Shown one piece after another: positions 42,834 to 51,608 of a stretch of DNA of 64,000 bases. Source of the DNA: Gammaproteobacteria bacterium (lineage in GTDB: Bacteria > Pseudomonadota > Gammaproteobacteria > RBG-16-57-12); assembly GCA_022712945.1 (NCBI GenBank), contig JAFLJP010000044.1, forward strand, positions 22,939-86,938, given 5' to 3'. The notes beneath the pieces were generated by a model. The model was not told the DNA's origin. It did no database searches and saw only the letters and a list, made by a program, of their open reading frames with translations. A program made the position numbers and the translations under genes. Positions within the stretch are counted from its first letter, which is position 1. Each line of letters opens with the position of its first letter.

Positions 42834-43477
42834 TGATCTATCCAGAGGCAAAAATTCTCCTGTTTGCAAAAGCACCCATCTCCGGAACGGTTAAAACCAG
42901 GCTGATCCCCGATATTGGCGAGTACGCGGCAACGGAACTGCATAAAGAGCTGGTACTCAATGCCCTGAACACCATCACTGAAGGGGCACTATCTCCTGTT
43001 GAGTTATGGTGTGCACCGAATACCCAACACCCCTTTTTTACTGAGTGCCAGCATCGCTTTTCAGCCTCACTTCATTGTCAGCAAGGGGTTGGTCTGGGGG
43101 CGCGAATGCACCATGCCCTGAACCAAAATCGTGGCACACCGACGTTATTGATCGGTAGTGACATTCCAACAATAGATGCCAGTTATCTAAAGCAGGGAAT
43201 TGAGGCGCTGTTGTGCGGTGAATCGTGGGTTATCGGCCCCGCAGAGGATGGAGGCTATGTTTTAATCGGTTGTCGCAACAGTGATGAGCGATTGTTCAGC
43301 GGTGTAACATGGGGCCGGAACCGGGTATTGGCACAGACGATAAAAAAGGCGGAGCAGTGTGGTGTGACGCCACGTCTGCTGGAGCCGTTGTGGGATCTGG
43401 ATAATGTTGCTGATTTAGCGCGTTGGCAGGAGATTAAACGTGCTACGCTTCACCCAGGCTGCCGCCACTCTGTTTGA
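42833..43477 (+). CDS. DUF2064 family nucleotidyl/glycosyl-transferase-like protein (rSAM-associated transferase type)
   Basis: ILLFAKAPISGTVKTRL, LIGSDIPTI and GPAEDGGYVLIG are typical of DUF2064 (CofC/MobA-like fold). Confidence 0.8.
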   Translation: MIYPEAKILLFAKAPISGTVKTRLIPDIGEYAATELHKELVLNALNTITEGALSPVELWCAPNTQHPFFTECQHRFSASLHCQQGVGLGARMHHALNQNRGTPTLLIGSDIPTIDASYLKQGIEALLCGESWVIGPAEDGGYVLIGCRNSDERLFSGVTWGRNRVLAQTIKKAEQCGVTPRLLEPLWDLDNVADLARWQEIKRATLHPGCRHSV

Positions 43478-43919
43478 TGGTTTTCCCGCTGGCACCATAG
43501 ACTGAGTGCCTATCTCTTTTTAGAAGCACATCAAGGGTCTGTTCTGTCTGATTTTGGCAGCCGTCGACTATCTGACTGTTAATCAGGTTTTCATTTTTAC
43601 ATTCAGCGGCTAAATCCCGTGCTTTTTTCAGTAGTGACAACAAGTTGTACTTGTTTTTGGGATCAAGTTTGTGGATCGTTGTTTCCGGTTGTTCGTTGCT
43701 GTTGTCACCCAGTGTCTGTTTAAAACAAGAGAGTATTTCAATTTCTGTTTGGGCTAGAACTTCAATCAGTTTTAACTTGTTTTGGGTCAGTTCGGGTAAT
43801 TTGTCGATCAGATTTTGTGCGATAATTTCACGCTCTTGCTGTAGCAGGCGCAAAAAACCCTCAGATGCTGAGATCTGACTGATCAGGGATTGTTGCAGTT
43901 GTTGAGCGGTGCTGCTCAT
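43443..43919 (-). CDS. flgN: Flagellar export chaperone FlgN
   Basis: 158 aa helical protein directly downstream of flgM. N-terminus QQLQQSLISQISASEGFLRLLQQEREIIAQN resembles FlgN. Confidence 0.75.
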   Translation of the reverse strand: MSSTAQQLQQSLISQISASEGFLRLLQQEREIIAQNLIDKLPELTQNKLKLIEVLAQTEIEILSCFKQTLGDNSNEQPETTIHKLDPKNKYNLLSLLKKARDLAAECKNENLINSQIVDGCQNQTEQTLDVLLKRDRHSVYGASGKTIKQSGGSLGEA

Positions 43920-43925
43920 TTTGAG

Positions 43926-44249
43926 TTACGACACATTGTTAAGTGCGGTCTCCATGCCCAGCATTTTTTCAGCTGTGACTCTGTTATCCACATGAAATGT
44001 CCCCTCATTAAGCGCCTGTTTGATGCTCTCAACACGTGCGGTATCCGCAACCGGCAGTGCTGCCAGAGTATTCTCCAGTTTTTGCAACTGTGCTGCGGTG
44101 TCTGTCAGGCTAACGGTATCGGCGGTGGATGAGCCACCGGTCTCCTCCTGGGCCACCGTCGGCTCGCTACGCGCAACACTTACCTGAGAGTTTTCGTTGT
44201 TTGCCTGAACCCGGTGGCCCGCACCGAGTCCGTTGATATCAATCGCCAT
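43926..44249 (-). CDS. flgM: Anti-sigma-28 factor FlgM
   Basis: 107 aa. The C-terminus ARVESIKQALNEGTFHVDNRVTAEKML is the conserved FlgM sigma28-binding region. Confidence 0.88.
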   Translation of the reverse strand: MAIDINGLGAGHRVQANNENSQVSVARSEPTVAQEETGGSSTADTVSLTDTAAQLQKLENTLAALPVADTARVESIKQALNEGTFHVDNRVTAEKMLGMETALNNVS

Positions 44250-44280
44250 TACAGATACTCCTTTTTTCTTTCACAGGTTG

Positions 44281-44308
44281 TTAGCGTCCAGCAGATGAAA
44301 TTCCTTTA
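44281..44308 (-). promoter_or_regulatory. Candidate sigma28 (FliA) promoter for flgMN
   Basis: The minus strand reads TAAA-N16-GACGCTAA (consensus TAAA-N15-GCCGATAA; 6/8 in the -10). It overlaps the flgA stop and lies about 32 nt upstream of the flgM ATG. Confidence 0.3.
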
Positions 44309-45016
44309 ATTAAGTATTTCAACTATGCCGGGAGCAACAATAGTGCCTTCTACTATGCGCTCTGATTTGCTGTTTTGTACGCGGATAATATCACCCAGTG
44401 TACCATTGTTGAGTGCTTTTCCCGAGGTGATCACTTTAAATCGACTACTGCCTGAGCGAAGTGTGATCAACTGCCCTTTTTTAATTATTTTTTCAGCATT
44501 AGTCGCATTTTTCTGGATGATGCTGCCCAGGCGAATCGGTTGACGCACTTCACGGCCAATGACATCGTCGATGGTGGTGAAGTAACCACCGAGGTGGTTG
44601 GCTATCTGGCGACGATCCAGCACCACGTCATCGGTGGTGATGGTGGTGCCGCGACTGAGTGGGTTCGTGGCCACCGCCACTGTTGAGTAAAACTTAATGG
44701 TAACGGGAATGAATATTTTCCAAAATCGCGGAGTATGACATCGCACGCCGATATTGTTACGTCCTGCGGGGTTGAATTTGCTGAGTGAAAAGATCTCTAA
44801 CGGTTCGGCACACTGTGACAGTTTGAGTCGGCTGTTAAGTCTGCCTAAGGTCATTTCACTGTTTGGGTTGGCGAGCTTGTTGAGCTCTTTCTCCACATAG
44901 TCGCGAACGGCCTGCTCAATGTGTGAGTGTGGCTGGTACCCCTCTTGTGCAACGGCATTGCCAAAGAGTGAAAGCAGCACAAATAAAGCTATTTTTATCA
45001 TCTGTCGTGGTGTCAT
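44306..45016 (-). CDS. flgA: Flagellar basal-body P-ring formation chaperone FlgA
   Basis: Signal peptide MIKIALFVLLSLFGNAVAQ. The C-terminal SAF-like region is GQLITLRSGSSRFKVITSGKALNNGTLGDIIRVQN. Start at internal Met 45016. Confidence 0.88.
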   Translation of the reverse strand: MTPRQMIKIALFVLLSLFGNAVAQEGYQPHSHIEQAVRDYVEKELNKLANPNSEMTLGRLNSRLKLSQCAEPLEIFSLSKFNPAGRNNIGVRCHTPRFWKIFIPVTIKFYSTVAVATNPLSRGTTITTDDVVLDRRQIANHLGGYFTTIDDVIGREVRQPIRLGSIIQKNATNAEKIIKKGQLITLRSGSSRFKVITSGKALNNGTLGDIIRVQNSKSERIVEGTIVAPGIVEILN

Positions 45017-45087
45017 GATTCTGCCGGTTATTATCGACCTGTTTAAAATAAGCAAAATATATGCCGCCTGATAAGGTTTCGGCATGG

Positions 45088-45114
45088 TTAAGTAATAGGA
45101 GCGTGCGCCGATTA
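45088..45114 (+). promoter_or_regulatory. Candidate sigma28 (FliA) promoter for cheV-cheR
   Basis: TTAA-N15-GCCGATTA versus consensus TAAA-N15-GCCGATAA (7/8 in the -10), 37 nt upstream of the cheV ATG. Confidence 0.4.
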
Positions 45115-45150
45115 GTATGCTATGAATTTTTTAGGATCAATGGGGGAAGT

Positions 45151-46092
45151 ATGGCTGGCATAATGGATGGTGTGGATGCACGCACACAAATGGTGGGTGA
45201 AAACCGTCTGGAGCTGCTTCTTTTTCACCTGGGTGGCAAGCAGCGTTATGGCATTAATGTTTTTAAGGTGCAGGAGGTGATTCAATGCCCCCCCTTAACC
45301 CACATGCCAAATTCAGCCAGTGCTGTGCGAGGGATCGTTAATATGCGCGGCAATACGATCAGTGTTATTGACCTTGGTATGGCCATGGGTGAGCCGCCGG
45401 TGGCAGTTCCTGAAAAAGGTTATGTGATTATCACTGAATTTAATCGCAAGGTTCAGGGAATGCTGGTTAATAGTGTTGATCGTATTATCAATATGAACTG
45501 GAAAGATATTATGCCGCCGCCAACCGGGATGGGCAAAAATATCTATATGACGGCGGTGACCAAAATTGATGATGAGTTGATAGAAATCATTGATGTGGAG
45601 AAGGTGCTTTCTGAAATTGTTGGGCAAAAAACAGTGGTTTCAGATGAACTTGTCGAAAAAGGTGCCGACACTGAGCAGTACCATGTTTTGGTGGTGGATG
45701 ATTCGTCGGTTGCCCGTAACCAGGTTAAGCGGACGCTTGATCAGCTGGGTATCAGTTCGGTATCTTGTAATGATGGTGCTGAGGCATTGGCGCTGCTGAA
45801 ATCGATGTTAGAGGAGCACGGGGATATTTCAAAGAAAATATCGATGATCATTTCAGATGTTGAGATGCCGAAGATGGATGGCTATACGCTGACGAAAGAG
45901 ATTCGCAGTGATCCGCTACTGCGTGATCTGTACATTGCGCTACACACTTCGTTAAGTGGTGTTTTTAATAAAACGATGGTACGAAAAGTGGGTGCAGATC
46001 AGTTTCTACCCAAATTCAACCCTGATGAATTGGCCAGAATGGTACTGGAAGCACTGGAAAATGAAAAAGTACACGCTATTGAATCTGATTGA
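45151..46092 (+). CDS. cheV: Chemotaxis protein CheV (CheW domain plus receiver)
   Basis: The N-terminal CheW-like region contains GINVFKVQEV...VRGIVNMRGNTISVIDL. The C-terminal REC domain has VLVVDDSSVARN and DVEMPKMDGY. Confidence 0.9.
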   Translation: MAGIMDGVDARTQMVGENRLELLLFHLGGKQRYGINVFKVQEVIQCPPLTHMPNSASAVRGIVNMRGNTISVIDLGMAMGEPPVAVPEKGYVIITEFNRKVQGMLVNSVDRIINMNWKDIMPPPTGMGKNIYMTAVTKIDDELIEIIDVEKVLSEIVGQKTVVSDELVEKGADTEQYHVLVVDDSSVARNQVKRTLDQLGISSVSCNDGAEALALLKSMLEEHGDISKKISMIISDVEMPKMDGYTLTKEIRSDPLLRDLYIALHTSLSGVFNKTMVRKVGADQFLPKFNPDELARMVLEALENEKVHAIESD

Positions 46093-46143
46093 ATTTGATT
46101 GATAATGGCGACATATTAATACTTGTTTTCTAAATATTAAAGA

Positions 46144-46989
46144 TTGGATCTAACTTTGGCTGCTCGACAAATATCTGCTACCGAATACAATGATTTTCGT
46201 GTTTTTTTAGAAAAAGCATGTGGAATTGTTCTGGGTGACAATAAGCAATACCTGCTTACCAGTCGTCTAAACCGTCTGATGAATGATGAAGGTATTGACA
46301 GCTTTGACCTTTTGATCAAGAAAGTAAAGGTTAACCGACAGCTTCGGGATCAAATTCTTGATGCCATGACAACCAACGAAACATCATGGTTTCGTGACCG
46401 TTACCCCTTTGAAATTTTGAAACAAAATGTTTTTCCCGATATCACCTCTCAACGTGCCAGCCAGATGAAAATCTGGTCAGCGGCCAGCTCAACCGGGCAA
46501 GAGGCCTACTCAATCAGCATGACGATACAGGAGTATCTGATGTCGCGGCCCGGAGCATTGCCCAGCCGTATTGAAATTGTTGGAACCGATATATCCGCAA
46601 CGGTAGTGGCCGAGGCAAAAAAAGGGCGTTACGACAGTTTGTCGATGGCCAGAGGGTTGTCGCCAGAGCGTAAAAACCGTTTTTTCAAGCCACTGTCGGG
46701 AGGTGAGGCTTGGGAGCTACGCGAAGACCTACGCAAACGTGTTGTCTTTCGTGAGCTGAATTTGATGTCTAGCTATACCCTGTTGGGTAAGTTTGATGTG
46801 GTGTTTTGTCGCAATGTGTTGATCTATTTTTCGGCAGAGCTCAAGCGTGAAATCCTGGAAAAAATTGCCGGGGTATTAAAACCGGATGGTTACCTGTTTC
46901 TCGGTGGTTCGGAGTCAACGGCTAACTATACAGATCGCTTTAAAATGGTAAAACTACCTGCAGGTGTGGTTTACAAACTGCGTTCATAA
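46144..46989 (+). CDS. cheR: Chemotaxis protein methyltransferase CheR
   Basis: TNETSWFRD, IWSAASSTGQEAYSISM and VFCRNVLIYF. Apparent TTG start at 46144, with no nearby in-frame ATG. Confidence 0.9.
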   Translation: MDLTLAARQISATEYNDFRVFLEKACGIVLGDNKQYLLTSRLNRLMNDEGIDSFDLLIKKVKVNRQLRDQILDAMTTNETSWFRDRYPFEILKQNVFPDITSQRASQMKIWSAASSTGQEAYSISMTIQEYLMSRPGALPSRIEIVGTDISATVVAEAKKGRYDSLSMARGLSPERKNRFFKPLSGGEAWELREDLRKRVVFRELNLMSSYTLLGKFDVVFCRNVLIYFSAELKREILEKIAGVLKPDGYLFLGGSESTANYTDRFKMVKLPAGVVYKLRS

Positions 46990-47150
46990 TGTCCTAATTC
47001 CTCTCCCGCCTTCTTGGTGAATTCACTCTCAAACTAAGCATTTTATTGGAAACCCTGTCGGGTGGGGCAGGGGGTAAACTCTTGCCGCTTTTGCCACTCT
47101 CCGCTCTCTTTTCTCTTCTACAGTTCACTGTTTATCCCGATTCTTCATTC

Positions 47151-47166
47151 TGGCACATTGATTGCT
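47151..47166 (+). promoter_or_regulatory. Sigma54 (-24/-12) promoter upstream of flgB
   Basis: TGGCAC-attga-TTGCT is an exact match to TGGCAC-N5-TTGCW with the correct GG-to-GC spacing of 12. It lies 37 nt upstream of the flgB ATG. Confidence 0.75.
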
Positions 47167-47202
47167 CTGTACCTTGCAGGTGATTAGTTCAGGAAGTCTG
47201 TG

Positions 47203-47601
47203 ATGGGGATTAGTATCGATAATGTGCTGGGTTTGCATGAGAATGCGGTCAAGCTGCGCGCTCGACGTATTGAGATGCTGGCAACCAATATCGCCAATGC
47301 TGACACGCCAGGTTACAAAGCACGTGATTTCAATTTCAGGCAGGCGTTATCTGATGCACAGTCATCTGGCCGTTCTTCATTTAGTCTACAGGCGACACAG
47401 CCGGGACACTTTTCAAGTGGAAAAAGCAGGGGTTTTGAGATGATGTACAGCACGCCACTACAGCCCTCTATTGATGGAAATACGGTTGATCTACACCGGG
47501 AAAAAGCGAAGTTCACTCAAAATGCCATGGAGCAACAGGTGAGCCTGACTTTTCTGGATAGGAAGTTAAAAGGGTTGGTTAAAGCGATTCGGGGAGAGTG
47601 A
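47203..47601 (+). CDS. flgB: Flagellar basal-body rod protein FlgB
   Basis: LATNIANADTPGYKARD is the rod N-terminal motif. About 132 aa, first gene of the flgB-L run. Confidence 0.92.
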   Translation: MGISIDNVLGLHENAVKLRARRIEMLATNIANADTPGYKARDFNFRQALSDAQSSGRSSFSLQATQPGHFSSGKSRGFEMMYSTPLQPSIDGNTVDLHREKAKFTQNAMEQQVSLTFLDRKLKGLVKAIRGE

Positions 47602-47604
47602 TAG

Positions 47605-48015
47605 ATGAGTCTGTTTAACATTTTTGATATTGCCGGTTCTGGCATGAGTGCACAGATGGTGCGCTTGAATACTACCGCGAGCAATATATCAAATGCCGAT
47701 ACGGCAAGCAGTAGTGTTGACCGGACGTATCGTGCCCGCTATCCGCTCTTCTCAACGGTTATGACGGGTGAGATGGGGCGGCAGGCTGCCGGGGTTGAAG
47801 TTAAAGGTATTGTGGAGAGCAATGCGCCGTTGCGGCCGCAATACAGTCCAAATCACCCGATGGCCGATGAACAGGGTTATGTCTATTACCCAAATGTGAA
47901 TGTGGTTGAGGAGATGGCCAATATGATGTCGGCTTCCCGTTCGTACGAAACCAATGTGCAGGTGATTAACACCTCTAAGCAGTTGATGACGAAGACACTG
48001 CAGTTGGGTAGCTAA
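47605..48015 (+). CDS. flgC: Flagellar basal-body rod protein FlgC
   Basis: MSLFNIFDIAGSGMSAQ...NISNADT with C-terminal SYETNVQVI. 136 aa. Confidence 0.93.
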   Translation: MSLFNIFDIAGSGMSAQMVRLNTTASNISNADTASSSVDRTYRARYPLFSTVMTGEMGRQAAGVEVKGIVESNAPLRPQYSPNHPMADEQGYVYYPNVNVVEEMANMMSASRSYETNVQVINTSKQLMTKTLQLGS

Positions 48016-48028
48016 GTAGGAGATAGTG

Positions 48029-48703
48029 ATGGAAAGTGTAACGAGCAGTAGCGCATATTTGGAAAGCCTGGGGTTGGGAGTAAAGACGAAAACGGAGGAG
48101 CCCGCATCAAAATCGGATGAGTTTCTTACCCTGATGCTGGCGCAGATTGAGAATCAGGATCCTCTTGAGCCGATGGATAATGGAGAGTTTCTCACACAAT
48201 TGGCTCAAATCGAAACCGCGGGTGGCATTGCCGATTTACAGAAATCCTCTAACGATGTGGTTAATGCGCTTCAATCAAGCCAGGCACTTCAAGCGTCAAG
48301 CATGGTGGGACGCAGTGTGGTGGTGCCCTCTGATGTGTCGAGTTTAAGCAATGGTCGTTTAGGTGGTTCAGTGGCGGTTGCTGAAGAAGCTGATCGAGTG
48401 AATGTGAGAGTCTATAACGAGTCGGGCAGTTTGGTTAAAACAATTGATTTGGGAGCACTGCCGAGAGGAATTGCTGACTTTAGTTGGGATGGTACGGATG
48501 AGAGTGGCAACAGTTTGCCGGATGGCCAGTATGAAATAAAGTCAACTGCTTGGTATAGCAGTGGTTCAACAGAGGCGTTGTCAACGATGGCGATTGCTAG
48601 AGTCGAGAGCGTTACGATTGGCGGTGGTAGTCAGGGTATCGCATTAAATCTGGATGGATTGGGTAGTTGGCGTATGGCTGATGTGCTTCAAATCCACCAA
48701 TAA
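48029..48703 (+). CDS. flgD: Flagellar hook capping/assembly protein FlgD
   Basis: FLTLMLAQIENQDPLEPMDNGEFLTQLAQ is the FlgD N-terminal motif. A FLgD-Ig-like C-terminus contains DFSWDGTDESGNSLPDGQY. Confidence 0.92.
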   Translation: MESVTSSSAYLESLGLGVKTKTEEPASKSDEFLTLMLAQIENQDPLEPMDNGEFLTQLAQIETAGGIADLQKSSNDVVNALQSSQALQASSMVGRSVVVPSDVSSLSNGRLGGSVAVAEEADRVNVRVYNESGSLVKTIDLGALPRGIADFSWDGTDESGNSLPDGQYEIKSTAWYSSGSTEALSTMAIARVESVTIGGGSQGIALNLDGLGSWRMADVLQIHQ

Positions 48704-48718
48704 ACGGGGATAAAAATT

Positions 48719-49996
48719 ATGCCTTTTAGTATCGCACTGAGTGGTTTAAATGCGGCATCTGCTGATTTGGCGGTGACCGGTAACAATATTGCAAATGCCG
48801 AAACAACGGGTTTTAAAGAGTCACGTACCGAGTTTGTTGATGTCTACGCCATTGCCTACCAGGGTATAACCGCTACCACACCCGGCAGTGGGGTAAGGCT
48901 GGCCGGCATTACCCAGGAATTTTCCCAGGGGGATAGCTCTTATACCGGAAACAGTCTTGATTTGATGATCAATGGTCAGGGTTTCTTTCAGGTGCAGGGG
49001 TTGAATGGTGATGTTAATTTGACTCGTTCAGGTGCCTTTCATCTGGATCGTACCAGTACGATGGTGAATGGTGGAAACCAAGCCCTTTTGGCGTATAACT
49101 ACAATGCAACCACCGATTCATATAATCTCGAAAGTCCGCAGCCGATCCGGGTGAATGTGGATATTGGTATGCCTGCGGCGACCAGCACCATCAATGGCCA
49201 ATTTAATCTGCCGGCCAATGAGACGCCGATTGACCCCGCCGTGGTGCCATTCCTTGCCACTGATCAGGCAACCTATCACCATGCGACCGCTTCCACGGTT
49301 TACGATAGCTTGGGCAATGCACATACCGCGACCGTCTATTTTCGCAAAGTAATTCCTGATGCGGCCAATACTTGGGAAAATTACACCTATGTTAATGGTA
49401 ACGAGGTGGTGCCTACGGGTTTGGCACCAGGGAATCCGGCCGTCATTACGTTTGACAGTGCGGGCCAGCTAGCGTCGGTTGTGCCGAGCCTGCCTGGTAT
49501 ACCTAATGTAATTTCTTACCAAGGGTTGACGCTTCCCGGCCCCAATGCGGACCCTTTGACACTCTCCCTCGATCTCACCGACAGCACGCAGTACGGCTCT
49601 GCATTTGCGACTAACGATTTGACTCAAGATGGTTACGGTACCGGGCGTTTGAGCGGTATCGATATTGATGACAGTGGGGTGATTTTTGCCCGCTATACCA
49701 ACGGTGTCTCCGATATCCTTGGCAAGGTGGCGCTGGCTTCGGTGAATAATCCATCCGGCCTGCGTCAAGCCGGTGATAGCAATTGGGCTGAAACCTACGA
49801 GTCGGGTAACGCCATTAATGGTGAAGCTCTGAACGGTGATTATGGCTCGATTTCGGCGGGTACTCTGGAGTCATCTAATGTGGACATTGCTAAACAGCTG
49901 GTTAACTTGATTATTGCACAACGTAATTATCAGGCGAATGCTCAGGTGATCTCCACTGCGAATACAGTGACTCAAACCATTATTAACATGCGTTAA
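48719..49996 (+). CDS. flgE: Flagellar hook protein FlgE
   Basis: MPFSIALSGLNAASADLAVTGNNIANAETTGFK with C-terminal LESSNVDIAKQLVNLIIAQRNYQANAQVIST. 425 aa. Confidence 0.93.
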   Translation: MPFSIALSGLNAASADLAVTGNNIANAETTGFKESRTEFVDVYAIAYQGITATTPGSGVRLAGITQEFSQGDSSYTGNSLDLMINGQGFFQVQGLNGDVNLTRSGAFHLDRTSTMVNGGNQALLAYNYNATTDSYNLESPQPIRVNVDIGMPAATSTINGQFNLPANETPIDPAVVPFLATDQATYHHATASTVYDSLGNAHTATVYFRKVIPDAANTWENYTYVNGNEVVPTGLAPGNPAVITFDSAGQLASVVPSLPGIPNVISYQGLTLPGPNADPLTLSLDLTDSTQYGSAFATNDLTQDGYGTGRLSGIDIDDSGVIFARYTNGVSDILGKVALASVNNPSGLRQAGDSNWAETYESGNAINGEALNGDYGSISAGTLESSNVDIAKQLVNLIIAQRNYQANAQVISTANTVTQTIINMR

Positions 49997-50019
49997 CGGG
50001 TTATTTCAGGAGATTTGTT

Positions 50020-50763
50020 ATGGATCGCATGCTCTATATTTCGATGTCTGGTGCCAAACAGACGATGCTGGCTCAAACGGTCAATAGCAATAATTTAGCC
50101 AATGTGTCGACCCATGGCTTTCGGGAAGACTTTTTTCAGCAGCGTAGTCAGCCTGTTTTTGGTGACGGCTATGCCAGTCGTGTTTACGCGATGACTGAAA
50201 ACCCGGCTTTTAAATCCCAAGCGGGTATGTTGGATACCACGGGTCGACAACTGGATGTTGCCATTAATGGTGATGGCTGGTTTGCGGTTCAGGCTGATCC
50301 ACAAACCGGTGAAGAGGCGTTGACTCGTGCCGGTAATTTCAAGGTGGATGGGGCGGGTTTTCTGGTCACCCCGGATGGTCATCAGGTACTTGGCGATGGT
50401 GGCCCGATTAATCTTCCCCCCTTTGAGCAGATTGAGATTGGCACGGATGGCACCTTAAGCATTTTGCCGGTAGGGCAAGATGCAGCCGCTTTAGCGGTGG
50501 TGGATCGGATCAGGTTAGTTAATCCACCGATCGAAGATCTCTTTAAAGGAAAAGATGGCCTGATTCATCTCAAAAACGGGGCGGGTGCAGATGTTGATCC
50601 AGGAGTGAGAATTGTTTCTGGTGCCCTGGAGAGTAGTAATGTCAGTGCGGTTGAGTCGTTAGTACAAATGATCGACCTCTCCCGTCGTTACGAGATGCAG
50701 GTGAAAATGATGAAAACAGCGGATAGAGCGGCTGAAGTCACCACGCAAATGATGCGTTTGTAG
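50020..50763 (+). CDS. flgF: Flagellar basal-body rod protein FlgF
   Basis: MDRMLYISMSGAKQ...NNLANVSTHGF with C-terminal LESSNVSAVESLVQMIDLSRRYEMQVK. Confidence 0.92.
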   Translation: MDRMLYISMSGAKQTMLAQTVNSNNLANVSTHGFREDFFQQRSQPVFGDGYASRVYAMTENPAFKSQAGMLDTTGRQLDVAINGDGWFAVQADPQTGEEALTRAGNFKVDGAGFLVTPDGHQVLGDGGPINLPPFEQIEIGTDGTLSILPVGQDAAALAVVDRIRLVNPPIEDLFKGKDGLIHLKNGAGADVDPGVRIVSGALESSNVSAVESLVQMIDLSRRYEMQVKMMKTADRAAEVTTQMMRL

Positions 50764-50809
50764 TCAACAGGCTCTGATTTGCCACAAATATGAGAAAGCG
50801 AGGTAGCAT

Positions 50810-51595
50810 ATGAATCCGGCACTTTGGGTATCGAAAACGGGGTTGGAAGCACAGCAGAATCGTCTGACTGTCATTTCCAATAATCTGGCCAATGTAGGCA
50901 CAACCGGTTTTAAACGGAACCGGGCAGTTTTTGAAGATCTGCTCTATCAAAATGTTCGCCAGGTTGGGGCGCAGACTTCTCAGGATACTACGCTGCCCTC
51001 GGGCCTCTCCTATGGTACCGGTGTGCGCACGGTAGCCACTGAAAAGCTGCACACTCAGGGGAATATTCTCCAGACTAATATTGATCTGGATATTGCTGTT
51101 AGTGGTCGTGGTTATTTTCAAATCAGCATGCCGGATGGCTCTATTTCCTATAGCCGTGATGGTTCGTTTCGTCTGGATGCGGAAGGGCAGGTGGTCACCT
51201 CCAATGGCTACCCGCTCTCTCCAGCCATTAATGTACCGGCTGATGCACAAACCATCAGTATTGGTCGTGATGGAACGGTCTCGGTTCAACAGCAGGGGGT
51301 GGTCGGTAGCACGCAAGTCGGCTCGATTCAGCTGGCTGATTTTGTTAATCCAACTGGTTTGCAGGCAAAGGGTGAAAACCTCTATGTGGAGACCGGTGCC
51401 AGCGGCGCGGCGCAGACCGGTAACCCGGATGCCAATGGGCTGGGCTCGCTACTGCAAGGTTCTCTGGAGTCGTCCAATGTCAATGTGGTTGAAGAGCTAG
51501 TGGGGATGATTGAGGCGCAACGGGCTTATGAGATGAATACCAAGGCGATTACCACCGCTGATCAGATGCTGCAATTTATCACCAATAATGTTTAA
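50810..51595 (+). CDS. flgG: Flagellar basal-body distal rod protein FlgG
   Basis: [35 protein letters not shown] with C-terminal [27 protein letters not shown]. 261 aa. Confidence 0.94.
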   Translation: MNPALWVSKTGLEAQQNRLTVISNNLANVGTTGFKRNRAVFEDLLYQNVRQVGAQTSQDTTLPSGLSYGTGVRTVATEKLHTQGNILQTNIDLDIAVSGRGYFQISMPDGSISYSRDGSFRLDAEGQVVTSNGYPLSPAINVPADAQTISIGRDGTVSVQQQGVVGSTQVGSIQLADFVNPTGLQAKGENLYVETGASGAAQTGNPDANGLGSLLQGSLESSNVNVVEELVGMIEAQRAYEMNTKAITTADQMLQFITNNV

Positions 51596-51608
51596 TTGAG
51601 GTGATGTG

